This document shows positions 56,883 through 64,000 of a DNA stretch of 64,000 nt, one piece after another. The DNA is taken from contig JAHITY010000072.1 in NCBI GenBank assembly GCA_018817165.1, positions 49,164 through 113,163 of the forward strand, read 5' to 3'. The notes below the pieces were generated by a model. That model searched no databases. It saw nothing but the letters and a program-made list of their open reading frames with translations, and had not been told where the DNA came from. Position 1 is the stretch's first letter. Every line of letters begins with the position of its first letter. A program made the position numbers and the translations under genes. Origin of the DNA: Candidatus Omnitrophota bacterium (GTDB lineage: Bacteria; Omnitrophota; Gorgyraeia; B26-G9).

Positions 56883-58394
56883 ATGGGAGAAAAGAAGAAT
56901 TCAAAATTAAAAACGCTTATTCGCATAATTAGTTTGACGATGCTGTTTGGGGTAAGTATTGGGCCAAAAGTTGTTTTTAGTCAAGAACAACAGTATGTGC
57001 AAGTTCCGGCTTTGATCCACATCAGCTCGAATGTCAGTGATGGGCGTTATGCGCCAGAACAAATCATTGATATTGCGGTTAAAGCAGGCTTTAAGGTTGT
57101 AGTTTTTACTGAACGGGAAGTTATGCGCTGGGAGTACGGCATATGGCCTTTAAGAAGAATATTGAAAAAAGTGATTAAAAATAATTCTTTAGAAACATAT
57201 GGAATAAAGAATTATTTAAAAAAAATAAATGATCTGCAAGCTATAAATCCGAATGTATTATTAGTCCCTGGGATTGAATCAACGCCTTTTTACTATTGGA
57301 GCGGCAGTGTTTTTAAGCATGATTTCACGCTGCATAATGCGCATAAACATTTGCTTGTTTTAGGTCTTAATACAGTAAAAGATATAAAAAAAATGCCAAT
57401 TGTGGCTAATCCGCATACGCTGATCAAAGCTTTTAAACTTTCAGATTTGTTAAAGCTATGGCCCGGATTATTTCTGGCTTTAGGATTAATCCTGGTTTTA
57501 ATAAACAGCCAGAAAACATTCCGGAATTCTTTGGAAAAACAGGAGTCTGCGCAGCGGAAAATTTTTGGCATAATAATTTCCGTAATCAGTATTTTGTTTT
57601 TAATTAATAATTTCCCGTTTAGAGAATCATTATTTGATCAGTATCATGGGGATGCAGGAGTTTTGCCTTATCAAAATATGATTGATTATATTAATCAAAA
57701 AAATGGTCTTGTTTTCTGGGCGCACCCGGAATCGGAGAATGTATCGCAAACTGAACATGTGAAAATTTCTACAAAAGAACACACACAAGATTTTTACGCG
57801 ACAAAAGATTATACAGGGTTTAATGTGTTTTATGATGGTTATAATAATATCGGCAGGCCGGAAAAACTCTGGGATCGGGTATTGCTTGAATATGTTCAAG
57901 GAAAGCGGAGCAAGCCTGTCTGGGCGATTGGCGGCTTGGCTTTTGATTTTAGCGGTGATCTGAAGCAGGCAGTAAAGGATCTGCGAAACATTGTTTTGCT
58001 GGATAGTTTTAGCAATCAAAGCTTTATGCAGGCTTTGAACAGCGGTAAAGTATATGTTGTCAGAGGCCTTAGGTCAGAGAATTTTGTACTTGATGATTTT
58101 TCTGTTTATGATCCGGTTTCCGGGCAAAGCCGGATAATGGGGCAAAGCTTAAAACCCAGCAGCGCGCAAGTAATGGTAAAGATAAAAGGGGAGTTTAAGG
58201 TCGATGCAGCGGATAATCTCCTGAGTATTCATTTGATTAAAAATGGAGAAATAATCAAGACTTTTAAAACCAGCGGTAGTTTTGAAATAGAATATCCAGA
58301 TGATCTTAATGATTTCAATAATAAAGCGTTCTACCGGATAGAAATAAGATCACATGGATTACATGTAATTGCTAATCCGATTTTTCTGAAATAA
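56883..58394 (+). CDS. Membrane-anchored protein of unknown function, possibly a PHP-like metal-dependent phosphoesterase
   Basis: 503 aa. N-terminal signal/TM, two central TM helices. 'ALIHISSNVSDGRYAPEQIIDIAVKAGFKVVVFTE' and 'VFWAHPE' are loosely PHP-like. Weak call. Confidence 0.3.
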   Translation: MGEKKNSKLKTLIRIISLTMLFGVSIGPKVVFSQEQQYVQVPALIHISSNVSDGRYAPEQIIDIAVKAGFKVVVFTEREVMRWEYGIWPLRRILKKVIKNNSLETYGIKNYLKKINDLQAINPNVLLVPGIESTPFYYWSGSVFKHDFTLHNAHKHLLVLGLNTVKDIKKMPIVANPHTLIKAFKLSDLLKLWPGLFLALGLILVLINSQKTFRNSLEKQESAQRKIFGIIISVISILFLINNFPFRESLFDQYHGDAGVLPYQNMIDYINQKNGLVFWAHPESENVSQTEHVKISTKEHTQDFYATKDYTGFNVFYDGYNNIGRPEKLWDRVLLEYVQGKRSKPVWAIGGLAFDFSGDLKQAVKDLRNIVLLDSFSNQSFMQALNSGKVYVVRGLRSENFVLDDFSVYDPVSGQSRIMGQSLKPSSAQVMVKIKGEFKVDAADNLLSIHLIKNGEIIKTFKTSGSFEIEYPDDLNDFNNKAFYRIEIRSHGLHVIANPIFLK

Positions 58395-58550
58395 TAAATC
58401 AGGTTCAATGGAATAACGGGTATTTTTCTGTTTATTAGCTTAAGACTTATGGTATAATAAATCAAATAAAATTTTGGATAATATAATCAGAATAAAAGTT
58501 ATTTTTTAGCAAATCGACAAAGAGTTTGCAGTTAAAATACAAGGAAATCA

Positions 58551-59252
58551 ATGATTCTTTCAGCGCATCAACCTCAATATCTGCCTTGGCTTGGATATTT
58601 TGACAAGATTGATAAAAGTGATTGCTTTGTTTTTTTGGATACTGTACAATATAAAAAGAGGGAATTCCAAAATCGCAATAAAATTCGCACCCAAACAGAT
58701 TCTATTTGGTTGACTGTACCAGTAAAGACAAAAGGGGCTAGCCTGCAAAGGTTAAGTGATGTGCAGATTGACAATGAAATAGATTGGCAAAAAGAGCATA
58801 TTAATAGTCTGCAAACTTGGTATGCCGCAGCTCCTTATTTTAGTGATTATTTTTCTTTTTTTAAAGCTGTTTATTCTGAGAAATGGGAAAAATTAATTGA
58901 CTTAAATATTCATATTATTAAGTTTATTTTAGATGTTCTGAATATTAAAACTAAAATTTACCTTGAGTCAGAGATAAAAACAACAAATGTAAGCACTTTG
59001 AGAATAATTGAACTGTGCAAAAAGCTTGAGGCAGATACTTATTTATCAGGGATTGGCGGTAAAGAATATTTAGATATTGCTGAATTTACGAAAAGTAGAA
59101 TTGATTTGGAGTATCAGAATTTTGGGCATCCTAATTATTTGCAGCAGTTTACATCGGAGAAAAAGGATTTTTATCCATATATGTCGATAGTGGATCTATT
59201 GTTTAATGCTGGTCCAAAAAGTATGGAAATATTAAGAAAAAAGATTAGCTAA
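58551..59252 (+). CDS. WbqC-like family protein (O-antigen/polysaccharide cluster-associated)
   Basis: 233 aa. 'MILSAHQPQYLPWLGYFDKIDKSDCFVFLDTVQYKKREFQNRNKI' matches the conserved WbqC-like N-terminus (QP-YLPW-GYF...D-FV-LD-VQ). Confidence 0.7.
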   Translation: MILSAHQPQYLPWLGYFDKIDKSDCFVFLDTVQYKKREFQNRNKIRTQTDSIWLTVPVKTKGASLQRLSDVQIDNEIDWQKEHINSLQTWYAAAPYFSDYFSFFKAVYSEKWEKLIDLNIHIIKFILDVLNIKTKIYLESEIKTTNVSTLRIIELCKKLEADTYLSGIGGKEYLDIAEFTKSRIDLEYQNFGHPNYLQQFTSEKKDFYPYMSIVDLLFNAGPKSMEILRKKIS

Positions 59253-59272
59253 AATTAAAACCAAGGAAGGTT

Positions 59273-60088
59273 ATGTACGAATCACATTGGGGATTATCCA
59301 AAAAACCATTTGAAAATACTCCTGATCCTAATTTTCTTTATCATTCTCCACAACATGAAGAAGGTTTGTCAAGATTGCTGTATGTTGTTAGCGAAGGTAA
59401 AGGGGCGGGATTGCTTACCGGAGTTTTTGGCTGCGGTAAAACTTTAATTGGCCAGACTTTGTTTAAAGAGCTTGACCGGGATATTTATAAAACCGCTTTT
59501 ATTGCCAATCCTTTCTTGACTTATTCTGAACTGCTGATGCATATTACCTATAGTCTCGGGGCTAGAGATTTGCCGAAAAACAAGCAGGATGTTTTGGTTA
59601 ATGTGGTGCTGGAGCGTTTAGGGGAAATTCTGGAAAATAATATGCGTGATGGTAAAAAAACTGTGGTGGTTATTGATGAAGCGCATGTTATTACTGATCT
59701 AAGAGTTTGGGAAGAATTAAGATTGCTTTTAAATTTTCAGATTGAAAATCAATTTTTACTAACGCTTTTAATTCTGGGACAGCCGGAACTAAAGGCGATT
59801 ATTGATTCGAATAAGCAGTTTTCTCAGCGGCTGGCAGTTAAATATCATTTAGGGCCTCTGACCGAAGAAGAGACAAAAGATTATATTAGTCATCGCTTAA
59901 ATATCGCTGGGGCTAATCAATCAATTTTTGCCCAAGGAACTGATAAGCTTATTTTTAAGAAAACCGGGGGTATTCCCCGGAGAATAAATCATTTGTGCGA
60001 TTTGGCATTATTTGCCGGCTTTGGTAAAAACGCCAAGGTTGTCGATGAAAACTTGATCAATGAAGTAAGTGCTGATGTGGAGAGTTAA
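59273..60088 (+). CDS. ExeA/GspA/MshM-family AAA ATPase (AAA_22-type)
   Basis: 271 aa. 'HWGLSKKPFENTPDPNFLYHSPQHEEGLSRLLYVV...GLLTGVFGCGKTLI' is the typical ExeA-like N-terminus plus Walker A. 'VVVIDEAHVI' is the Walker B. Confidence 0.75.
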   Translation: MYESHWGLSKKPFENTPDPNFLYHSPQHEEGLSRLLYVVSEGKGAGLLTGVFGCGKTLIGQTLFKELDRDIYKTAFIANPFLTYSELLMHITYSLGARDLPKNKQDVLVNVVLERLGEILENNMRDGKKTVVVIDEAHVITDLRVWEELRLLLNFQIENQFLLTLLILGQPELKAIIDSNKQFSQRLAVKYHLGPLTEEETKDYISHRLNIAGANQSIFAQGTDKLIFKKTGGIPRRINHLCDLALFAGFGKNAKVVDENLINEVSADVES

Positions 60089-60096
60089 CATAAAAC

Positions 60097-60127
60097 AGCG
60101 GATAGCGATTAGCGAATAGCGATTAGG
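60097..60127 (+). repeat. Post-stop heptamer motif AGCGGATAGCGATTAGCGAATAGCGATTAGG
   Basis: 9 nt after the ExeA-like stop. Confidence 0.6.
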
Positions 60128-60183
60128 AAAAGCAAAAGATAAAACAGGTCATAAAGTCAATGGCTAATGGTCAAGAGTCGATC

Positions 60184-60312
60184 CGCTGGGCAAAAATTCT
60201 CTTTGAGCGGCGCTTTCGAACGTGATTTTGACAAGGATGTCAAAATAGTGAGAACGCGCGGCTGGGCCTGCACGATGCAGGCTCAGGCTTAGTGAAAAGA
60301 CGTGTTTTTGCC
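60184..60312 (-). repeat. Dispersed structured repeat family 2, copy C (inverted orientation)
   Basis: Reverse complement matches the core of copies A and B, including both hairpins and the terminal GGCAAAAA/TTTTTGCC. Confidence 0.65.
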
Positions 60313-60353
60313 TCTTGCAAAAAATAACCGGATAGATGCGGGAGGGGTTGTAG

Positions 60354-60971
60354 ATGAATGTTTTAGTTATAGGGGCGCATCCGGATGATATTGAAATAGG
60401 CTGCGGCGGCAGCTTGCTTAAATACGCTCAGGCGGGACATAATGTTTATTTGCTTGTACTTACATCAGGCGAGGTTGGCGGTGACCCGCAGATTCGTTGT
60501 AATGAGCAGGAAGAATCAGCTAAAAATATGGGGGCTAAGCAGGTTTTCTGGGGAAATTTTGAAGATACCAGGCTGATGAATGTTCGGGAACTGATTGATA
60601 GAATTGAAGAAACGATTAATGAAGTCGATCCCCAGGTAGTATTTATAAATTATTTGGAGGATGTGCATCAGGATCATCGAGCTTTGGCAAAAGCTTGTTT
60701 GTCAGCAACCCGCTATATTAAAGAAGTGCTTTATTATGAAGTGCCGACAACTCAGAATTTTAATCCGGAAATTTTTGTGGATATTGGCAGCGTGTTTAAG
60801 CAAAAGCTTAATTTGCTCAGATTGCACGCGTCACAAGTAAATCGGACAAGAGTTGAGGATCTATCGATTCTCGATATTGCTACTTCCATGGCTAATTTTC
60901 GTGGTTTTCAGGCAAGAGTTAAATATGCTGAAGGGTTTTCAGCGGTAAGAGTCTTAAAGGATATTGAATAG
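60354..60971 (+). CDS. PIG-L/LmbE-family N-acetylglucosaminyl deacetylase
   Basis: 205 aa. 'VLVIGAHPDDIEIGCGGSLLKYAQAGHNVYLLVLTSGEVGG' is the hallmark LmbE N-terminus (AHPDDE box). Confidence 0.85.
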   Translation: MNVLVIGAHPDDIEIGCGGSLLKYAQAGHNVYLLVLTSGEVGGDPQIRCNEQEESAKNMGAKQVFWGNFEDTRLMNVRELIDRIEETINEVDPQVVFINYLEDVHQDHRALAKACLSATRYIKEVLYYEVPTTQNFNPEIFVDIGSVFKQKLNLLRLHASQVNRTRVEDLSILDIATSMANFRGFQARVKYAEGFSAVRVLKDIE

Positions 60972-61006
60972 TCTTTATTTTATGCAAATGTTAAAGGATT
61001 AATATT

Positions 61007-62062
61007 GTGCAAACATTTAATGCTTTTGTTATTGCCTTTCTAATTACTTTTCTGAGTGTGCCTTTTTTTCGAAAAATGGCTTTAGCCCTCAATATAGTTG
61101 ATATGCCTAATCATAAAAAAATTCATATAATTCCGACTCCTTTGCTGGGAGGATTAGCGATTTATCTGGGAGTATTGGGGGCTTTTTTCTTTTTTGCTGA
61201 AGGATTTAGAATGCTGGCTCCGATTTTTATCTGCGCGACAATCATTCTTTATATGGGCACATACGATGATATTAAAGGCCTTTCCGCGCGATTGAGATTG
61301 TTTATTCAAATCCTTTTGGCGCTAATTTTGATGCTTAATGGTATTCGGATATCTTTTTTGCCGCAGAGTATATGGGGCGATATTGGGGAAATATTAGTTA
61401 CGGTTATTTGGATTGTCGGAGTAACTAATGCTTATAATTATTTGGATGGATTAGATGGTTTGGCAACTGGTTCGGCAATTCTTAATTTTTTATGTTTTTT
61501 TGTAATTCTTTATAATACAAATCAATACGCTTTGGGTTTGGCAATCGCGATTCTTATTGGTTCCTGTCTGGGCTTTCTGCCATATAATTTCTTGCACAAG
61601 ACCAGAATGTTCTTAGGTGATGCCGGCAGCACATTTATTGGTTTCTGCCTGGCTTGTATCGCGATTCAGGGAGATTGGGCCGGTGATAATATCGTAAGAT
61701 TATTTATTCCGATTTTAATCTTAGGGGTACCGATATTCGATATGATATTTACTACTGTTATGCGCATAAAAGAGCAGAAGATTAAAAATATCATTGAATG
61801 GCTGAAATATGGAGGCAAGGATCATTTTCATCATTATTTAGTTGACCTGGGATTAAGTCAAAAAGGAGCGGTTTTATTCATATATTATATAACTTTTTCG
61901 CTGGGTTTAAGCGCGATTATGGTAAGCAATGATACTGCTGTTGAAGGCATTATGACAATACTGCAGTCATCAATAATATTCTGGGTTATTGGGGTATTAA
62001 TTGTCTTGGGTAAAAAACAGCAGAATAAATCGGATGCGCGATGTGATTGTGAAAACAGGTAG
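61007..62062 (+). CDS. Polyprenyl-phosphate N-acetylhexosamine-1-phosphate transferase (WecA/TagO/MraY family initiating transferase)
   Basis: 351 aa, ~10 TM helices. 'NAYNYLDGLDGLATGSA' (N-x-x-N-x-x-D-G-x-D-G-L) and 'FLGDAGSTFIGF' motifs. Confidence 0.85.
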   Translation: MQTFNAFVIAFLITFLSVPFFRKMALALNIVDMPNHKKIHIIPTPLLGGLAIYLGVLGAFFFFAEGFRMLAPIFICATIILYMGTYDDIKGLSARLRLFIQILLALILMLNGIRISFLPQSIWGDIGEILVTVIWIVGVTNAYNYLDGLDGLATGSAILNFLCFFVILYNTNQYALGLAIAILIGSCLGFLPYNFLHKTRMFLGDAGSTFIGFCLACIAIQGDWAGDNIVRLFIPILILGVPIFDMIFTTVMRIKEQKIKNIIEWLKYGGKDHFHHYLVDLGLSQKGAVLFIYYITFSLGLSAIMVSNDTAVEGIMTILQSSIIFWVIGVLIVLGKKQQNKSDARCDCENR

Positions 62063-62066
62063 AACG

Positions 62067-62122
62067 ACACAAGACACAAGACACAAGACACAAGACACAA
62101 GACACAAGACACAAGACACAAG
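62067..62122 (+). repeat. Perfect heptamer microsatellite (ACACAAG)x8
   Basis: 56 bp of exact tandem ACACAAG starting 5 nt after the wecA-like stop codon. Confidence 0.9.
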
Positions 62123-62190
62123 GTAAAAATTAAAAGCTTAAAGCAAAAAGGATATAGGCATATTAAAGTATTTATATTGTTGGAGTTAAT

Positions 62191-62382
62191 GTGAAAAAAG
62201 TTGCTGGTCTGATAATCGCTGTGGGAGCAGTTAGTTTTGTGGTGGGTATTGTATCGCGTATTTTAGTTATGCCTTTTCCGACTAGAGCCTATGGTTTAGA
62301 GGCAAGTGCTTTTATGCGATTTACAGATACTTGTTTGCTTACATCAATAGCTTTGCTTTTACTGGATAAATCCAATAAATAA
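62191..62382 (+). CDS. Small (63 aa) two-TM membrane protein, hypothetical
   Basis: GTG start with RBS 'ggag'. Hydrophobic 'VAGLIIAVGAVSFVVGIV' and 'LLTSIALLLL'. No homolog recognised. Confidence 0.3.
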   Translation: MKKVAGLIIAVGAVSFVVGIVSRILVMPFPTRAYGLEASAFMRFTDTCLLTSIALLLLDKSNK

Positions 62383-62431
62383 AAGGGGTTATGATTGGAG
62401 ACATGTTTAAGTAAATACTTTTATAAAGCAT

Positions 62432-62460
62432 TGACTTGTGTAGCAATGCGTGGTATACTT
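62432..62460 (+). promoter_or_regulatory. Candidate sigma-70 promoter (TTGACT-17-TATACT) driving a short non-coding transcript
   Basis: 'gcaTTGACTtgtgtagcaatgcgtggTATACTtg'. Confidence 0.4.
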
Positions 62461-62466
62461 GTATTA

Positions 62467-62639
62467 GTAGAAAAAGGCAAACTCGTGGTAACGCGAGGGC
62501 ATTCTGTATTATTATGCAGAATCACGTATTCTTTGTATTTAGGAATATGTGGCAAAGCTGATGCGTCCGTTTATGGATTGGCAGGCTGCCCTATATAATG
62601 TTACTGTTACCTTAGACGAGTTGTCTAAGGTTTTTTTTT
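62467..62639 (+). ncRNA. Candidate ~170-nt small RNA bracketed by the promoter at 62432 and a canonical intrinsic terminator (62610..62639)
   Basis: Terminator 'CCTTAGACgagttGTCTAAGGttttttttt' (8-bp perfect stem, 5-nt loop, 9 U). Internal hairpin 'cATTCTGtattattatgCAGAATc'. The 67-aa ORF in the track (62395..62598) starts upstream of the promoter. Confidence 0.3.
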
Positions 62640-62738
62640 GAGAATATTGAAAAGTGTCAGGTATAACCGTTGTAAATCGTTAAAAGTGCCAGGCATGTAC
62701 AGGTATGGATACGTTAAATTAACAAAATGGAGTGAGTA

Positions 62739-63902
62739 ATGCCTAGATTACCGAGAGTTTATATAGAAAATTCGGTTTATTATATTAGCTGTTATGGTTT
62801 GCAGAATCAGGTGATTTTTAAAGACGCGAGGGATTACGAAATGTACTTTGGATTGCTCAGGAAATATAAAGACCAATACGGAGTAAAACTTTATGCATAT
62901 ACTTTATTGCATAATCATTTGCATTTATTGATGGAAGTTGATAATAAATCAAGTATTTCCACAATGATGCATGATCTAACTTCTTCGTATACCAAATATT
63001 TCAATGGCCGATATGACCGCAAAGGGCATCTTTTTCGGGAGCGGTTTAAAGCCGCGGTAGTGGAAAAAGATTCGCAAACTCTTTTAAATCTAACCGCATA
63101 TATTCATCTTAATTCTGATCGATTAAATATAGCGATACAAGGTCAAACATATCAATACAGTAGTTATGGTTTGTATTTAGAATATTCTCAGGCCTCTGAT
63201 CGAGGACTGAATATTAAAAATGAGATCGAAGGCATTATTAATGGCTTGATCGGTGGAAATTACTCAGAGTTTATGCAGAGAATTAAGGACGATGAGGAGT
63301 TTAAAAAACATTATAAAAAGCTGCAGCGCAAAGGAATTATTGGTTCAAAAGATTTTATGCATCATGTTCAGCAACAGATCGAATTGCAGCGTCAAGAGCC
63401 GAATAATGCGCAGGCTGAAGAAAACAAATCAAGGATTAATAATAAATTTATAAGTGCGGGAACCGCTTTATTGATTGTCGCGATCACTGCTGGAGGGGCT
63501 TATTTGTATTTTGATTATAATGCCCAGCAGAAAAAAACAAGAGAAAATAAAGGTGTTGCAGTTGTGACTGAGCAGCGCTTAACTGATCTGAACAATACTG
63601 AATGGCAGATTGAGCTGTTTAATCTCGATGGTTCAGTGGCTCGCTCTGATATTATAAGTTTTATTCAGGGGAAATTTAGCGCGGGATATCTTGCTCAATT
63701 TAAATTTTCCAATGTTAATTATTCCACGGTTATGGAAGGAAATAAGATTATCTGGGAAACAATTCAGACATCAGCCGAAGGAACAGCATCATGGCGTGGT
63801 GAATTTGTTAATGACCAGATGGTGGGAATGCTTAGCCTGCAGCTAAATGGAAAACAGTCGCAGGATTTTTCATTTAAAAGTCTAAAATACAGGAGAAAAT
63901 AA
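62739..63902 (+). CDS. Second HuH Y1 (IS200/RAYT-like) domain protein with an internal TM helix and a ~150-aa C-terminal domain (possibly domesticated)
   Basis: 387 aa. 'YYISCYGLQNQVIF', HuH 'LLHNHLHLLMEV', 'YIHLNSDRL...YQYSSYG'. TM 'FISAGTALLIVAITAGGAYLYF'. RBS 'ggagtgagtaATG'. Confidence 0.6.
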   Translation: MPRLPRVYIENSVYYISCYGLQNQVIFKDARDYEMYFGLLRKYKDQYGVKLYAYTLLHNHLHLLMEVDNKSSISTMMHDLTSSYTKYFNGRYDRKGHLFRERFKAAVVEKDSQTLLNLTAYIHLNSDRLNIAIQGQTYQYSSYGLYLEYSQASDRGLNIKNEIEGIINGLIGGNYSEFMQRIKDDEEFKKHYKKLQRKGIIGSKDFMHHVQQQIELQRQEPNNAQAEENKSRINNKFISAGTALLIVAITAGGAYLYFDYNAQQKKTRENKGVAVVTEQRLTDLNNTEWQIELFNLDGSVARSDIISFIQGKFSAGYLAQFKFSNVNYSTVMEGNKIIWETIQTSAEGTASWRGEFVNDQMVGMLSLQLNGKQSQDFSFKSLKYRRK

Positions 63903-63936
63903 AATGAAAACAAAAATTTTATACCAGGAGATTAAA

Positions 63937-64000
63937 ATGAAAAATTTATTATTTATCTGTATGGTCGCTTTGTTATTGAATATTGGCCTGAACGCATCGG
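63937..64000 (+). CDS. 5' end of a secreted protein gene (partial, runs off the window)
   Basis: 'caggagattaaaATG' then 'MKNLLFICMVALLLNIGLNAS' signal-peptide-like. In frame to the window edge. Confidence 0.3.
   Translation, partial: MKNLLFICMVALLLNIGLNAS

Noticed and set aside
56883-58394. Assignment of the 503-aa membrane protein as a CpsB-type PHP tyrosine phosphatase
   Set aside because: Only loose resemblance to PHP motifs ('HISSNVSDG', 'AHPE'). The canonical H-x-H start and the full set of metal ligands are not evident by eye. Kept as a low-confidence hypothetical.
61885-62121. 78-aa minus-strand ORF 'MCLVSCVLCLVSCVLCLVS...'
   Set aside because: It is the translation of the (ACACAAG)8 microsatellite and runs antisense into the 3' end of the wecA-like gene. 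It is a repeat artefact.
62395-62598. 67-aa ORF 'METCLSKYFYKALTCVAMRG...'
   Set aside because: A strong sigma-70 promoter lies inside it (its ATG is upstream of the -35) and a canonical terminator closes the interval. The region is better explained as a non-coding transcript. The peptide has no recognisable features.
1-64000. Search for tRNA, rRNA, tmRNA, RNase P or SRP RNA signatures (T-loop GGTTCGAATCC, anticodon stems, conserved rRNA blocks)
   Set aside because: No such motifs were seen. The TTCGAA in repeat family 2 is not within a cloverleaf-compatible context, so no stable RNA genes are called.

Overview
AT-rich (roughly 35-40% GC by eye), gene-dense bacterial window with diderm hallmarks (GT9 heptosyltransferases, PilQ-type secretin, BamB-like PQQ propeller). 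No rRNA or tRNA was recognised. In order: (1) 0-8 kb holds a surface-glycan locus (polytopic membrane protein, two GT4, two GT9 each followed by a SAM-methyltransferase, DegT-type aminotransferase). (2) 8.4-10 kb, minus strand: a Wzm/Wzt-like ABC-2 exporter. (3) 10.2-18.7 kb is a tightly packed plus-strand operon: secreted SurA-N-like protein, S26-like peptidase, then a RiPP-maturase-like cassette (nucleotidyltransferase, HprK-related kinase, PqqD, radical-SAM/SPASM) with no visible precursor, running straight into a sensor histidine kinase and a sigma-54 (NtrC-type) response regulator. (4) 18.8-19.6 kb: a RAYT/IS200-like HuH Y1 protein flanked by ~90-bp direct repeats carrying an AAGCAaTGCTT palindrome. 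(5) 20.2-38.6 kb is one 6130-aa secreted giant protein: 27 near-identical ~119-aa Ig-like repeats in blocks of 7/10/10, Fn3-like, LamG, DUF11-like and a C-terminal PQQ beta-propeller. It is preceded by a sigma-54-type -24/-12 element and by six or seven tandem copies of its own RBS+start-codon region that form mini-uORFs. (6) 38.9-54.1 kb is a type IV pilus / T2SS-like machine: PQQ propeller, three prepilin-type minor pilins including a PilX-like one; on the minus strand pilQ secretin, pilP, pilO, a pilM-pilN fusion, a ParA/MinD ATPase and a MerR-like HTH; on the plus strand pilB, pilC, two pseudopilins and a GspK-like protein. (7) 54.2-62.1 kb: a second radical-SAM/SPASM, GT4, WbqC-like, ExeA/GspA-like AAA ATPase, LmbE deacetylase and WecA/MraY-family transferase. 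(8) A second RAYT-like gene at 62.7 kb. The intergenic space is unusual. Two dispersed structured repeat families with terminal inverted repeats (2 and 3 copies) are present. (ACACAAG/CTTGTGT)n heptamer microsatellites occur at five sites, one inside the pilP signal peptide. A (W)TAGCG(W) heptamer motif directly follows four stop codons. There is one promoter-to-terminator-bracketed candidate sRNA. All functional calls are from motif recognition by eye; no searches were run.
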